DNA of 63,686 nt, filler included, from Hyphochytrium catenoides (GCA_900088475.1; 11 parts of 11 records of this genome joined end to end with filler, not necessarily neighbours in it), one strand, 5' to 3'. Positions 49,343 through 62,062 are shown, counted from the first letter of the whole stretch. Notes: generated by a model from the sequence alone, not told the origin. Program-made: numbers and translations.

Positions 49343-49555
49343 ATATGTATACAACCCCAGTTGACCAACTGGGTAATTGTCAGACCCCAGTTGTAGTCGG
49401 TGATTTAGATGTAAACTTGACAAATGGGGGCGATTTGTGATCAGCATTTATAACGNNNNNNNNNNNNNNNNNNNNNNNNNNNNNNNNNNNNNNNNNNNNT
49501 TAATTAATTAANNNNNNNNNNNNNNNNNNNNNNNNNNNNNNNNNNNNNNNNNNNN

Positions 49556-51467
49556 TATAGAAATGCAGTGTAGAACCTTCGTCGTACCCATGGGATCGCA
49601 CCCGCGCCAAGGATCCCAAAGCAGATGAGAAGGAGTGTGCCAGCCAGCCCGTTAAGCTCTAGTGCCCTTGTGGACACCAGGACAGCGCCGCCAGGGAAGC
49701 TGTCCACCAGATAAGCAATCAACAATGCTATTCCATGCACCGAGCTCAGAAGTATCGCAGAAGTCCCTAACAGTCGATGGAAGAGAAGTGCCCGATCCCG
49801 TCCGAGGCCGAGAAATCTCAAGAAAATCCCAAGACGAGGGGCCGGAAGTGCTAGAAGAGCCAAAGGCAGAAAAGCGACATATCCAAGAGCTCTTGCCCAT
49901 GGCACTGCGGCACCATAAGGGTGCGGGATTCTCCGAAAGGACTCCCATTGCCATAAGAACCAGACAACCAAAGTCGCGATGAACAGTAGCAGCAAAAGGA
50001 AACTGCCCCATGAAAGCTGCCACAGAACGTCAACTGGAGTTAGAAGCAAGGAGGACACGAAAGATGACGCGATCGGTGGAGGAGCAGGTATCACTAGAGA
50101 ATGGTAGAGCCAGTGCCGGATCCTGTTTGACGGATTCTTTATCTGGTGAAGCACCAGAGGTCCAAGGATACCTAACAAGACTAGCAGGATTGCTAATGCG
50201 ATGGAAGCTTTGTTAAGCTTGTCTAACGTTGGGTACACCGAAGCTTCAGATACCGTGCCCGCAAAAGACAATGGCTGTGGGAGTGTAGTTGGCACGGCAT
50301 CCAACGCTGTTGCCTGGAGGCCTAGAGATACAGTTCCCGTCGATGCCACCGCGTTAACGCTGCTAAATCGTGGACTTTTAGGGCTCATGTGATTCAGAGC
50401 CATAACTTTGACAATGACCTGCTCTCCTGGCCTAAGGTCTGAGATGACGGCCTCGTTCCCTTGAAACTTTGGCAGAGACGTCACAAGAAAGGTCTCTCCT
50501 GTCGCAAGGTATGTGACGGAGATGTTGAAGAGACATATGCACGCCTCTAAAGGGGAAGGCAGAGACCACGACAGCTGTACTGAAGACGAGCCAATACCGT
50601 CGACTGATAGCAGAGGTGCCGTTGGGGGCTGGAATCGACAGGAAGCTCGCGTTGTGGCGCTGGTGCCATGTCCAGGAGAGGTGATGTCGGTGACGTACTC
50701 CGGCGTCTGGTCCATGTTCCAAAGGCAGCAGGGATCTCCCAGCTCGTCTCCATTGGTCTTTCCATCTCCGTCTGAGTCCTACGCGGGTCAAGGGTGGAGC
50801 AAAGGGTGAGCATTGTGTCCCCTCCAGATACAGATCGACAGGTAAGGGAGAAGAGAAGCAAAAGAAAGAGAGAGGGGAGAGAGAGAGAGTGAACCATTTG
50901 TCATCGACGTGGTCAGTGAAAATTGAAGCAGAAGAAATGAGGCGCCTCACTCATCATCATGATCACACAAAGTTGAGCACACACCTGAAGGCAGAGCTGC
51001 GTGGACCAGCCCTTGTCTACCGGTCCAGATGGACGCAGTTCTCCAAAGACAAACATCCCACGCTCGTCACCATCTTCGTCTTTGAAAGCGTCTCCGAAGC
51101 TGTTGGTATCTCCAGTTCTGCAGTCTGGATGACCAAAGGCACCACATGGCCCAGACCAGCAGTCAGCATCGCTAGGGCAAGTCACTCTCTCAGCGTTGGG
51201 CAGGTACTTCAGATATTCTCTGTATGCATTGGCGCCAATGATGAAGCCTCCTCTCCTATCATGAGACCAAAGTAATCTGTTGAGCAGGGATGACGAGGAG
51301 GGAAACGCATCTCCGGGGCCGTTGGTAGAGAGAGACGGCAAGAGGAGAGAGAGAAAGCTGTCTTCCGCGCTCAGCGTCAGGAGTAAGACCGTCGCAAGGC
51401 AAAGCCTTCGTCTTCCTGCTGCAAAAGCCATCGAAGTCAACGTAGGAGAATGCGGTCTTTTTGGCAT
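49556..51467 (-). CDS. Signal peptide + temptin-like domain + FN3 + ferric reductase-like transmembrane domain fusion, 3' part cut by contig end
   Basis: Exon 1 (51467-50985) and exon 2 (50778-49556) are joined by a phase-0 GT-AG intron (50779-50984). Spliced: AYREYLKYLPNA...FGH...NSFGDAF...WSTQLCLQ/DSDGDGKTNGDELGDPCCLW...ITSPG; then PPTAP...SVQLSWSLP...ISDLRPG...VKVMALN (FN3); then TM helices with ARALG, LPAPR, FHRLLG-x9-H and WVRRRFY. Confidence 0.9.
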
Positions 51468-53656
51468 CGCTCAGGCAGTGAGAAAGTGATCACTCTGTTA
51501 TAGACCTAGGCCGGTCGACGAAAGACGAGATCTTCTTGAAGACAGCGGCAGCAGAAGAGACGAGCGTCGGACCCCAAGTAATGGTAAACCAATGGGACTG
51601 GGCAGGCGTCTTCCTGCTGCAGGCCAAGGGGAATCTCTTCTTCGAAAGATCAAGTTGGGAAGAAAGAGAGGGAAAGGAGGAAAAGAGATAATGAGAGGCT
51701 AGAGGAGGAGTTTCTCTGGGTGCCCGCGACTCCTGAAAAGCTCGCAGGACATGTCAGACGCCACGGGACAGAGAGAAACTGAAACTTGAAGCGTGAGACC
51801 TTTATAATAATGGAGCGAGCAATGCAAGCGTGCTACATTAAATATTAGCAGCTCAACAGCGTACTGTCTTCTCCTTCCTATCCATCACTTCTCCCCTTCT
51901 CCTCTGGCAGTCTGTCTCTCTCCTCTCTTCTCTCTCTCTTCTCTCTCTCTTCTCTCTCTCTTTCTCTGTCTCTTTTTAGAGATACAACCTCTCTCCACTT
52001 CTCCACGTTGCTTTCTTGAGCGCCAGCTGGTTCCTCTTGCAAGTCCGCTTTCTCGTCCTTGAAGTCCTCTGGTCTTGCAATCTTCCCTCACCTTCTCCTT
52101 TGTTCCTCTTCCTCATCCCTTCTTCGCGCACCACTGATGATGACGTTCAACAGAGCACGCAAGCAACTTTCTAATGATCGCTCTTCTCACTACCTCGTTT
52201 CTAGGACGTTAGTTCTACTAATGGCGACACCAGACAGACGAACGAGGAGAGGGCGGGAGGAGGAAAAAACAAGGCAACCAAGGCAAGCAAGGCGGCTGGA
52301 GGGCTTGAGGCAGCAGCCAGCAGGGCGTCGCTGCTGATGGTTGGCTCAGTAGACATGGTGCGGTATACAGACGTGCAGCTGAACCACCAGACATGGCGGA
52401 TGGATCGTTTCCTCTTCCCTTTCTCTCTTTCTCTGTCTCACATCTCTCTTCTTTCTCTCGTTCTCTATCCACCTCTATAATAAGTGAAAGCCATTCTTTC
52501 CTGACACTCTTTCTCGTGACCTCTTTCTGTCTCCTTCTATATCTCTTCAAGCCGAGTCTGTCTCACGGACGCTTTGCGCTTGTCATGCTAAATATATGGG
52601 AATTGTGCAACTCTCCATATCTCATCACCCTTATGGTCTCTGCCAGCTGGTTCTTGCAACTACATGCTTCCTCGAAACCTTACTTGTCTCTCACTGCCAT
52701 CTGTATCGCACGGAAATATAGCTACTGTTACTGAACTGCATATCTAGTTTTTACTCTGTCTGTACTGATAATACCGATCATGTCACACCTTGTCCCGCAT
52801 TCTTATAAGGCCACAACCACATCACTCCGCCTTCTCTCCTCTGCAGTGCAGCGTCCAATGGTTGGGCTTGCTGATGCAGGGAAGGCGTAGACCTCGCCCA
52901 GTTTTGGTCCTAAGTAGGACTGCGGTGGAGGTGCGATCGCAAAGGCTGCTTCAGCAAATGACGGCGGAGGGTTTGGTATGATGAGAATGAAGCAGCAGAA
53001 GCAGGTGGAGGAAGATCCGAGCCTTGTAAGCTATTCCTTTGCCATGATGATTGTAACGTCTTCCTTCACTCTACAACGACAGTAGCGGATGGCAGGCATC
53101 TTTGATTGTCTTCCTCTGAGAGAGAGACTAACCTAAAGATAAGGCGGCTAGCCTCCTTTGTCATCATCTAGTGCTTCCGATCTCTGGAGTTGCTGCTCCT
53201 CCTCTGCTCAAGATTAGTACCTAGAGGTACGACCCAGAGGCGAGAAGAAACACCCAGAGGTGATGATACACCTGAGATCAAGGAGATAGGAACAACTACC
53301 GCATGCGATGGCCATCATACCTCAAGGAACGGGGTTGGAATGACACCTCATCATAATTTTGTTCTTCTTAGTAATCTCTGATCAGTTCCAAGAGCCGGGG
53401 CCCGTTGTGGATGATCTGAGAGGCAGGGAGGCAGCGGCATAGCTCTCATCAGTATAAAAAGTGGCGGACCAGCTAGGGATCTGATTGAGAGGACCAGCCG
53501 TGAAGAGAGACTAATAAATGCGAAGGCTGCTTGCGATAGCAAGAGATAGTTTGTGACTGGCCACGGAGGGCGTCCGTGATGAACCCACCTTTATAAATGC
53601 ATCAGTAAGAAGGCAGCCAGGCATGCGAGGAGTCTCGTGGTCTACGCAACGAGAGG

Positions 53657-54264
53657 ATGAGGAGAAGTAAGAGAGTAAAGACTAATGCCGGTCACGTGTC
53701 CGACCCGTCTGATACGATCCGGCTAGAAGACAAGGAGAGACCGCTTCTCCATATGGAGGTCCTTCACAATGAAGAAAAGCAGCAATTCTTGCTACTCGTT
53801 CACGCGAAGGCCGAGGCACGAGCCAACGGCCAGCGAAAGAGGAGTTTCGGGGCGGCGACCTGCTATTTAACGTACAGGTACGAGCTGCACTTCCCACCAC
53901 TAGACACACGCCAGAACAGTTCCTCATGCTACGATGTATGTGTCTGCGGGAAGTGTACAAAGAGAACGCGAGGAGCTGGTACTAGAACACACGTTTGTGC
54001 CAAAAGCGCTTAGAGGGAAGAGAGCGGCTGAGCGCCTGTGCCACGCAGCTTTTGATTATGCAGTCGAACAAGGTCAGAAGGTTCATTTTCACATCTATCA
54101 GCCTACTTGGCCTGGGCAAAATCAGGGTAGTGACGACGGTCTGTTACTCTTCCTGCTAATCAAAAGGAATGCGAGTGCGCCCAGTTTGCAGCTATATCTC
54201 CGCTACGTACCTACAACGACACCCAGAGAGGAGGGCGATCTGCACTGAGGAGGATGAAGGTTGA
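53657..54264 (+). CDS. Small GNAT acetyltransferase, NATD1/YjdJ-like
   Basis: Three exons: HNEEKQQFLL...CYLTY / LEHTFVPKALRGKRAAERLCHAAFDYAVEQG / MRVRPVCSYISATYLQRHPE. Contains the HT-x-VP...RG-x and P-x-CSY motifs of this family. Both inferred acceptors are AAG. Confidence 0.88.
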
Positions 54265-54657
54265 TGGCGACAACCTACAGTTCCTACTCAAGGTCAATAA
54301 TATGGGCCGAAGACCTCGAAGTGGAAACATCTTAAGCTCTATCTCATGCCTTTCCTCCAGATCAAAGTGACTTGCTTCTACAGGCAGTTTGCGCCCTCTG
54401 CGAAAGATCATTATAGCCAAACACCCGGTCCAGTGCAGACTGGAGCATGACTAGCGCAATGGGCCTTATGCTGGGCAACTTTGGATTAGCAGGGCGGCCC
54501 CAAGAGCAGACCCCATACATCGTCTTTGTCCGAGATCGGGGTAGTGTCCATTGGTCCAAGAAGCAGCCCACTCTAGGGAAGCAGCTCTCATAACCTCTGC
54601 GTCGCCCTGTTCGCTTCTATTTGTTGTTTGTACTATTGCCGTGGCTCAAGCGCTTCA

Positions 54658-55036
54658 TCACTTCTCAAAGCTTGGGAGGCCATATAAAGAATATATCCCT
54701 TCCCGCTCTCCTGTGGCGCTTCGTTGAGCGCTTCGAAACTTGGTCCATCTCTGCAAGTCCAATGATGCTCCAGTCTCTTCTGCCTTCTGGCCCTCGTCTC
54801 CCCCCGTCACTGGCTCTTGAACTTCTAACCAGTCGTGAAAGAACCCATTACGCTCCACATATTGAGAGCCAGTGACGGAGTTTAGAGGCAAGATGTCTAA
54901 AGACGCCAGTACGGATCCTCCAGCCCAAGAGAGAAGGTTCGGGGCGAAAGGGAGCGGGATAATACGAAGTCGAGAAGAGAGAGGTCGGAGGTTGGTATAT
55001 CTAGGATGGGAGCTCAGGAGATCTACCATCCCTTGC
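54658..55036 (-). CDS. ACTR10: Actin-related protein 10 (dynactin Arp11), last exon only
   Basis: HPRYTNLRPLSSRLRIIPLPFAPNLLSWAGGSVLASL...SVTGSQY...HDW: actin-fold C-terminal W-x-GGS motif with the Arp11-type ending. Confidence 0.72.
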
Positions 55037-55136
55037 NNNNNNNNNNNNNNNNNNNNNNNNNNNNNNNNNNNNNNNNNNNNTTAATTAATTAANNNNNNNN
55101 NNNNNNNNNNNNNNNNNNNNNNNNNNNNNNNNNNNN

Positions 55137-56044
55137 CGCTCTGAGCGGCCGCAACGTCAATGTGGACAGAGAGAGGCCGCTCACTGGATGTCTCCGAGTG
55201 CAAAGAGTGAAGTCTCATAAGCGCCTCCCCTCCTGCAAGGAAAAGTTAGAGGAAAGAGTGTGACAATAGTGATAGAAGAGAGAGAGAGAGAGCGAGAGAG
55301 AGAGAGTGCTTTTTTGGAAAGAGAGAGACAACAGTGATAGACGAGGGAGAGAAGGAGAAAGTGTTCTCTTTGAGAAAGCAGTAGATTCCGTCAAGTACCA
55401 CTAGCTGCCAACAGTATAGAAGTCTTCTGCACGTTCGTGGAGCAGCACAAAAAGAGAGAGACAAGGAAAGCAATAGGAGCAAGAAGGAAGCGAGAGAGAG
55501 AGAGATTCAGGAAAGAGAGTAGGAAGACAGTCGAAAGCACGGGCCAAGAGAGCATGCAGTGGTGAGGAGGCTCCTTCCCTGACAGAGAGATCAGATCTTA
55601 TTGCAAAGGAGAAGCAAGACTATGATGATATAGAAAGAGAGAATGCAATCGGACCTGGGTAGTTTCCATACGATGCCATACGGAAAATGGCGCTGGCAGC
55701 GAAGGTGCCCAGGAGAGAAAGTCCAACTAGAAGGAGCGGCAAAAGCCTCTGCAGGGTGCCCAGCCCAGGATAGGTTGAAAAGAAGAGAAAGGAATGGGTC
55801 ACTGACAATGAACGATGGAAAGGGAGGGGAAGGAATTGGAGAGAGAGAAAGAGAGCGAGAGAAAGAGAGATGAAAAATAGGCAAAAAACGTGCACCATCA
55901 CACCGCCTTTAGGGAGAGAGAAAGAGATGCACTGATATAGCTGCAGCGCCACTTACCTTGCCTCTTGCCCTATATGCCGTCGCTGCGCCCTAAGAAAAGA
56001 GCGAAACAAATTAAGTGAGTAGGGCCCTCAACTACAATTGGAGG

Positions 56045-56077
<33 letters not shown>

Positions 56078-56387
56078 CCTCCCCCTTTCTTCTTTCTCAC
56101 ACACGCACATCCAGACACATACACGCTTCCTCGCCTCTGTCAAAGCTGCATGCATACCTTGGCGGCTAAGAGGTTGAAGATGGGGATAGCAGGAAATATG
56201 AAGCGCAGCTCTTTGTGGGGGAGAATCGAGTAAAGCGCGAGATATGCAAGCACCTGCAGGACAGGAGAGAGTCATTGCTTAGTGAACCGACAAAGGGAAC
56301 GGTTGTCTAGCGAAAGAGAAGGTGGACAAGGTTTTTAGAGAAAGATGGTTGGCCATTGGCCAAAAAGAGAGAGAGAGAGAGAGTAAG

Positions 56388-56419
<32 letters not shown>

Positions 56420-57181
56420 CACACACACAAGAGAGAGAGCCAAGAGAGAGAGAGAGAGAGTTAGGAAGGGGAGGGAGAGGGAAGAAGTAGCACTAGGGCA
56501 TTACAGGAGAAAGAGGGACAAAGAAGAGAGAGAGAGAGAGAGAGTAAGAAGGAGAAAGAGTGAGAACAAGAAGGAGATGAGCTGGCCAGAATCCCATATG
56601 CTGATGACGGCTCCGCCTTACCGGTAGAAAGAACTTCATTATCTCCAAATCCATCGCATCTGTATAGAAAAGACGAACGCCGCATCAGGAGAGAGAAAGA
56701 GAGAGAGAGTTTTGAACATAGGAGACTAGGAAACGAAGCAAGGTTTCCGAACGGACAATTCGAGAGAGAGAACAATACGCCTAGGCGAACCCTGGAAAAG
56801 TCAGTCACTGAGGGTTGTGAGTCTCTCGGCTGCTGCTCATGTGTCTCGACACTACCTTTCAGATGAGTGAGGCCCCACCGGGGAACACTGATACTTCGAC
56901 TGCAGCAGATATGTCGTGCGTGGAGGGTAAGAGAAAGAGGGGAGAGAGAAGAGGAGAGCGAGGAAGGGCAGCAGCAGATTATGCCAGTGTCCAGATGAAA
57001 AATATAGGGAGAGAGACGGAAGACAAGAGAGACAGAGACTTCCTGAAGAGTTAGAAGCAGAGAGTTATCCCCAACAAATCCGCAGAGAGAAGAGACACAG
57101 AGAGAAGCGCCTAACCAAAGTCCAAGGGGAACGAGCAAAGCTGTGGCGGTCAAAGCTCTGGGAAGGGCCGAGGTGAAGTAC
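55137..57181 (-). CDS. ALG12: Dol-P-Man alpha-1,6-mannosyltransferase ALG12, internal exons (both ends cut)
   Basis: Spliced: YFTSALPRAL, LYSILPHKELRFIFP, ASYGNYPG/GEALMRLH and SVHIDVAAAQSG, which are the ALG12 (GT22) motifs in order. Confidence 0.93.
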
Positions 57182-57413
57182 CTACAGCACAGCAGGAAAG
57201 CAAGAGAAGAGAGAGAGAGAGATAGCGAGGGAGGGAGAGAAAAGCACAGTCAGAGTCTAAAGAGCAAAAAAGTAGATGAATCATANNNNNNNNNNNNNNN
57301 NNNNNNNNNNNNNNNNNNNNNNNNNNNNNTTAATTAATTAANNNNNNNNNNNNNNNNNNNNNNNNNNNNNNNNNNNNNNNNNNNNAGAGGAAGAAGAAAA
57401 GAAATAAGGAAGG

Positions 57414-58300
57414 CTATGACGCCGCCTTGGTCTCTTCCTTCTCAACCTGATCTCCTCCACACTCATCATCAGTGAAGGAAGAAGCAGAATCATAATTGAT
57501 CTCTTCAGTAATAACAAGGAGAGAAGGAGGAGGAGGAGGAGGTGAATCATCATTAACCACAATGTCATCATCATCAACTTCAAACGCCGCGAGGCAAGCA
57601 AGAGAAGGGTCCAACTGTTCAGGAGGAATACGCTTCAAAATCTGAAGCGCATTTTCCTCATGAATTGCCATTGAGACTCTCGTGTGAAGGCGTAAAACCA
57701 TGGCCAAACGGGACCATTGACCAAGATGCCGAGAAGCATCAAGAGCCGAGCGGTCACATTGAAGCTTCACCAAATTGCTTACACAATCAACGACACCCGG
57801 CATAGCACCTCCGAAGGACTCCCAAACCACTGGAACAAATTGCAGCCCTACCGCCCGACAAGGTGCCTCGTACTTCTTCAGCTTTGTCTTTTCAGACAAA
57901 CGACCTTGATAGCCAGCGTGGACTGCTGCATAAGGAAGGGTTCTAGATTGCAGCGAGTCCGTGATGGACACATCAAAAGTCGTATGCTGATAGGAGGCGG
58001 AGAAGCCACGAACCAGCAAATCTCCTGGTTTCAGATTTGACCCTGGGAGGAGGTGACGGGGCTCGCGAGAGACTTTGAGGGCCAGAGTCCTGAAAAGCAT
58101 GAAAGAGAAGATCCTGAACGCGGCGATGACGCTGCCTAGCGGCGGCACCACCACGGCGACAAATGATACCGTGATCACCATAAACATCCATAAGCCAAGA
58201 GCAGGTCTGGCAAGGAGACAGGCACGGAAGAACGGACAAGAGGGATGCCAAGAAATCGCCACAGCATCACCCGGAACACCAAGGAGGGGGACGAAACCTC
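57414..58300 (-). mobile_element. 5'-truncated, frameshifted non-LTR retrotransposon relic with restriction-like endonuclease (CRE-like)
   Basis: CCHC knuckle CQTC...MDVYGDHGIIC followed by RHRRVQD in one frame; REP...KPGDLLV...FDVSI...EKTKLKKY...FVPVVWESFGG in another frame. No reverse transcriptase in the contig. Confidence 0.85.
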
Positions 58301-58606
58301 TTTCTTGCACTGTCTCTTCCTTGCACTGTCTCTCTCTGCCTCTCTCTCTTCCTCTTTCTGTCTCGTCGCCTCTACAGAGAGCCGGTTCTGGTCATCTTTT
58401 GAGCTTCAAAAATGCAGAATATAGTGCATTTCTTGCAGGAATTGTTTCAAGCCAATATAGTATTGGAGCCTTTCAGCGCCTCTCAGTAACGTTGTTTATT
58501 TCGGAATCTTTCATAGGTATTCTGACCATCTTTTGGGGATTGCTCCTCGTCTCTTTGGCAGCCGAAAGGGATCTTTCTGTCTCTTCTTCACTCCCTCTCT
58601 CTCTCT

Positions 58607-58639
<33 letters not shown>

Positions 58640-58739
58640 NNNNNNNNNNNNNNNNNNNNNNNNNNNNNNNNNNNNNNNNNNNNTTAATTAATTAANNNNN
58701 NNNNNNNNNNNNNNNNNNNNNNNNNNNNNNNNNNNNNNN

Positions 58740-61052
58740 CCAGAGACAGTAAGGAAGGTAGTACATCCAAAGAAGTCGTCTACCCAGCAGAGCGACGAGA
58801 AACATTAGCGACACAGGCGGAGATCACGAGGTAAGAGAACGACCTTGTCTCTCTCCTTAGCAACGCAAACAGACTGGATCGAACAGGTCCCAATGGGAAG
58901 GGAGCTTTGAGATAAAGATTTGCAAGCTATTTAACGCAATCGATGGTTGCTGATAGGAGGATGCCAGAGGTCGGCCAGGGGCACATTTGCGAAGATGCTC
59001 CACAGGATCGCCAATCTAACCTAACATCCTCGCTTTGCCGTCCTTCCTTCGCTCATAGCAATCCTTACCTAGCGTTTTCTGGTCGCCTGCATCTGAGGCA
59101 CGCATGACTCTAAAGAGCTCTCCAGAGCCCTCTGCGTCATTGCTTGTAATAATAGGAGAATGTACCTGGAGAAAGTCTCTCTCCTCAAAGAACTTATGGA
59201 TGCTATGACTAAAGACCAGAAGAGAAGAAGAATTTCATTAGAAATCGAAAGCACATCAGGGAGCGTTCCGATGCGATATAGTGATAGTGGCGGAGGTTTA
59301 TTAGCTGTATGGGACCTACTTTCAAGAAAGAAAAGAGGGTGAAGCATCATAACAGACACAGGCATTATCACAGGCAAGGTCATCCTGAGCGAGCAAATAG
59401 GGAGAAGACAAAGGCACAGACCGCAGACAAGCTAGACAACCGCATATGTGCTGCTCCCTCTTACCTTGCTCTACTTCTGACCCTTGTGGCCGCGGAGAAG
59501 AAGTTCGAGCGGGGTCTCAGGTGCGCTATTTCTCTAAGGAACTCTAAAGAATGCCCTTTCTTCTGTAAGGGATAAAGCTCAGCAGGGCAGTCGCCAACCA
59601 GCTCTACCTCCTCTACCAGCAGCTCAACACTCTCAGGACCTAAGATGCACTGAGATTACCCTCTGACAACACGAAGAAGGAGCCGACTAGCATGATGAGG
59701 TCAAAAAATATGGAGACAGCAAAGCCCAAAGACGATGAGAAGAAAGACTATCTTCCAGGACCACAGATTCCCCTGTGCTGAACCACTTCTGCGCCAATGG
59801 GTCTCAGAAAGGAACAATCATGTACCAAGATCAAGACAGCGAACAGAAGGAGAGGGCAACGACTAACACAAAATTAGAATAACGGGGCCGAAGCGGGAAT
59901 GGAGCCTCTAAAGACGAACGATAAGCTTTCAAACTCGTTTTGAGGGTCTACATAGGAGAGAACTGCAGAATTACTGCCGTGTCATGTGCTTTTTTGAGGA
60001 CGAAAAAGGAAAGTACCATTCTTTTTCTTAGGACTTTGCTTCAGTTCTCCTGACAGCTTGACGCTACACCCCGTCGTCAGCGCTTCAACCTTCCCAACGT
60101 CATCCACTACTGCCTAAACGAGAGTGAAGCGAATGAGGAAGAAGACGAGAATGAGACAATGACGAAAACAGAGAGAGAAGGAGAGAGAGACAGCGACAGA
60201 GGGACCGTGGGGTGCCATGCCACTCAAAGCTCCTGTTTTGCTTCCTCACTTATGCTTTCTCTTCCCTTCCAAGGTCCCAACAATGCATTGCCGGAGAAGA
60301 GCTTTGTCTGTTAGAGAAGGATGCCTCGTGCGCTGTTTACCTGCAGAGAGCTCAGCATAGATCCATCGTTGAGCTCAATAAAGGCGACGCTCTTGTGCTT
60401 ACGGACAGACCGAATCCATCCTATTGACCAAGAGCGGCAAGATAAGGAGCAGGGGATGACACCAGTTCAAGGAGGAAGAGGCGCGTTGGAGACAGGAGGA
60501 AAGCAACGTGTGAGGCGGTGCAAGCGAGCCTAAAGAGAAGATGGCAGAAGATGGCGGTGGCATGACAGCTAAGAGCCCGTCGCTGCAGGAAAAGACTAGG
60601 AGAATGATTAGGAGAAAGAAGACATCAAGGGCATACAGGACAAAGAGTAAGAGGGTTGGAACGGGAGGGAAGGCAAGGAACGGAAGAGGAGACGAGCTCT
60701 TGTCTGCCCGCAAGCGTCGGAGTCCTTTTCCTATATATCTATAAAGGGAGAGCAGCGACGGAGGCAGGGACTGGTTCAAGCAGTAACAGAAAAACAGGAA
60801 GAATAGAGATAAGAGAGAGAGACAGACAAAGCCATCCGTACCCTTGGCAGTCACCCTCGTTCCTGGGGCAAACGTGGCGAGAGCCTTTAATGAGAGCTCT
60901 TCAGAGGGCACTCCGCCTGTAGCAAATGATCTTCCGCCCCTTAGCCGAGCCGTTGAGCTAGGTCCTGAGATGTTGCTTGTTGTCCGTCCAACCTGTTGCC
61001 ACACCCTCCGCCTGCCTAGTCCAACTACTCTGGCGCCTGCGTAGTAAGCCAT
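58740..61052 (-). CDS. NARS2: Asparaginyl-tRNA synthetase, organellar (mitochondrial-type), 3' part cut
   Basis: Arg/Ser/Gly-rich presequence, then [25 protein letters not shown]...LQ/AVV...[47 protein letters not shown] and [13 protein letters not shown]. Confidence 0.94.
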
Positions 61053-62062
61053 GGCGATTGTGGCGCTCAGCTCTCTACAGGATGCTGCTCAGCTCTTATC
61101 GTAATGGATTATGCAAAGTGAGCTGGAAGCTCTATAAACACCGGGGGCCACGTTCTAGCTGAACAGCCGTCAGGTGTAAAATGCTAGCTGGCGACGGTCT
61201 CAGCCAGCCCTTCTCAGGCCTCACCTCCTCTAAGACTTTCGGGACAAGCCAATGCCATGCAGCCCAACAGAATCTGAGGGCCCGTCTGTGCTTTAGAAGT
61301 CCCGTTGTGGCCTCGAGGAGACGTCTGTCTGGCTGGCCGATGAGCTTCAGCTGGAGCTCCAGATTTCGTTGCCCAAAAAAGCTTCAGAATGTCTCTGAGC
61401 CATCATCCGGAGAGCCTCTAACGGCTATCTTTCTGTCTCCGCTTGTTGACAATAGATTTTCTTTGCCGAAGCGGATCTGCAGAGTCTTCACATTGAAGCT
61501 TGCTGATGAAGCTCGTCCATGCAGCCTGTGGTCTCCAGGCAGAGGCACCGTCTATAGCCTACTGATCGGTCTCCTTTCCTGACATTCATTGAGTGCTTTG
61601 AGAAGACACACGGACACTGAGTATTATTCATAGCCTCGTGTGGACCTATTGCCTTGGCATCCATAACGAGGAGCTAGGCCCCCACGCTTGGCGAGACAAC
61701 TGTGCAGCACAGGACAGACTACTCTTGCACCGACTTGGACCTGAAGGCCCCGTGCTGTGCCGCCAAGACGCTCATGATCCCATGCTGTTAGTCGTGAGGT
61801 TTGGCACCACTCGCTCTATAAGGGCTCCGCTCGCCTCGTCCATTCTTAGCCTTTCCTTTACTCCTTCCGCTAGCCTGCACTGGTCAGAGCCGTCAATCTT
61901 CATCGTGGTTCTCTGTTCTCTGCCTTCGTCTCCCGTGTCTTTCTTCTACCCGTCCTCTCTTCTCTTCTCTCAATGACGCCCTTTTTGCTGGCATCTGTCT
62001 TGCAGGCCTGCTGGAGTCCCTTTGATCTTCTCTAGAGCCTGTCCGAGGTAACGCAAGGCGCC

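Noticed and set aside
10792-58695. Numerous ORFs rich in ERERER or LSLSLS
   Set aside because: Translations of intronic and intergenic (GA)n/(TC)n microsatellites, which lack stop codons.
2980-58739. Recurrent TTAATTAATTAA motif as a biological repeat, and ORFs ending in ...XXXN or ...XXLIN
   Set aside because: Always centred in exactly 100 nt of N padding. It is a synthetic six-frame stop linker between contigs.
60660-60745. GKGLRRLRA peptide suggesting ribosomal protein bL25
   Set aside because: It lies inside the first intron of the AsnRS gene; correct splicing gives VTAKG/WIRSVR.
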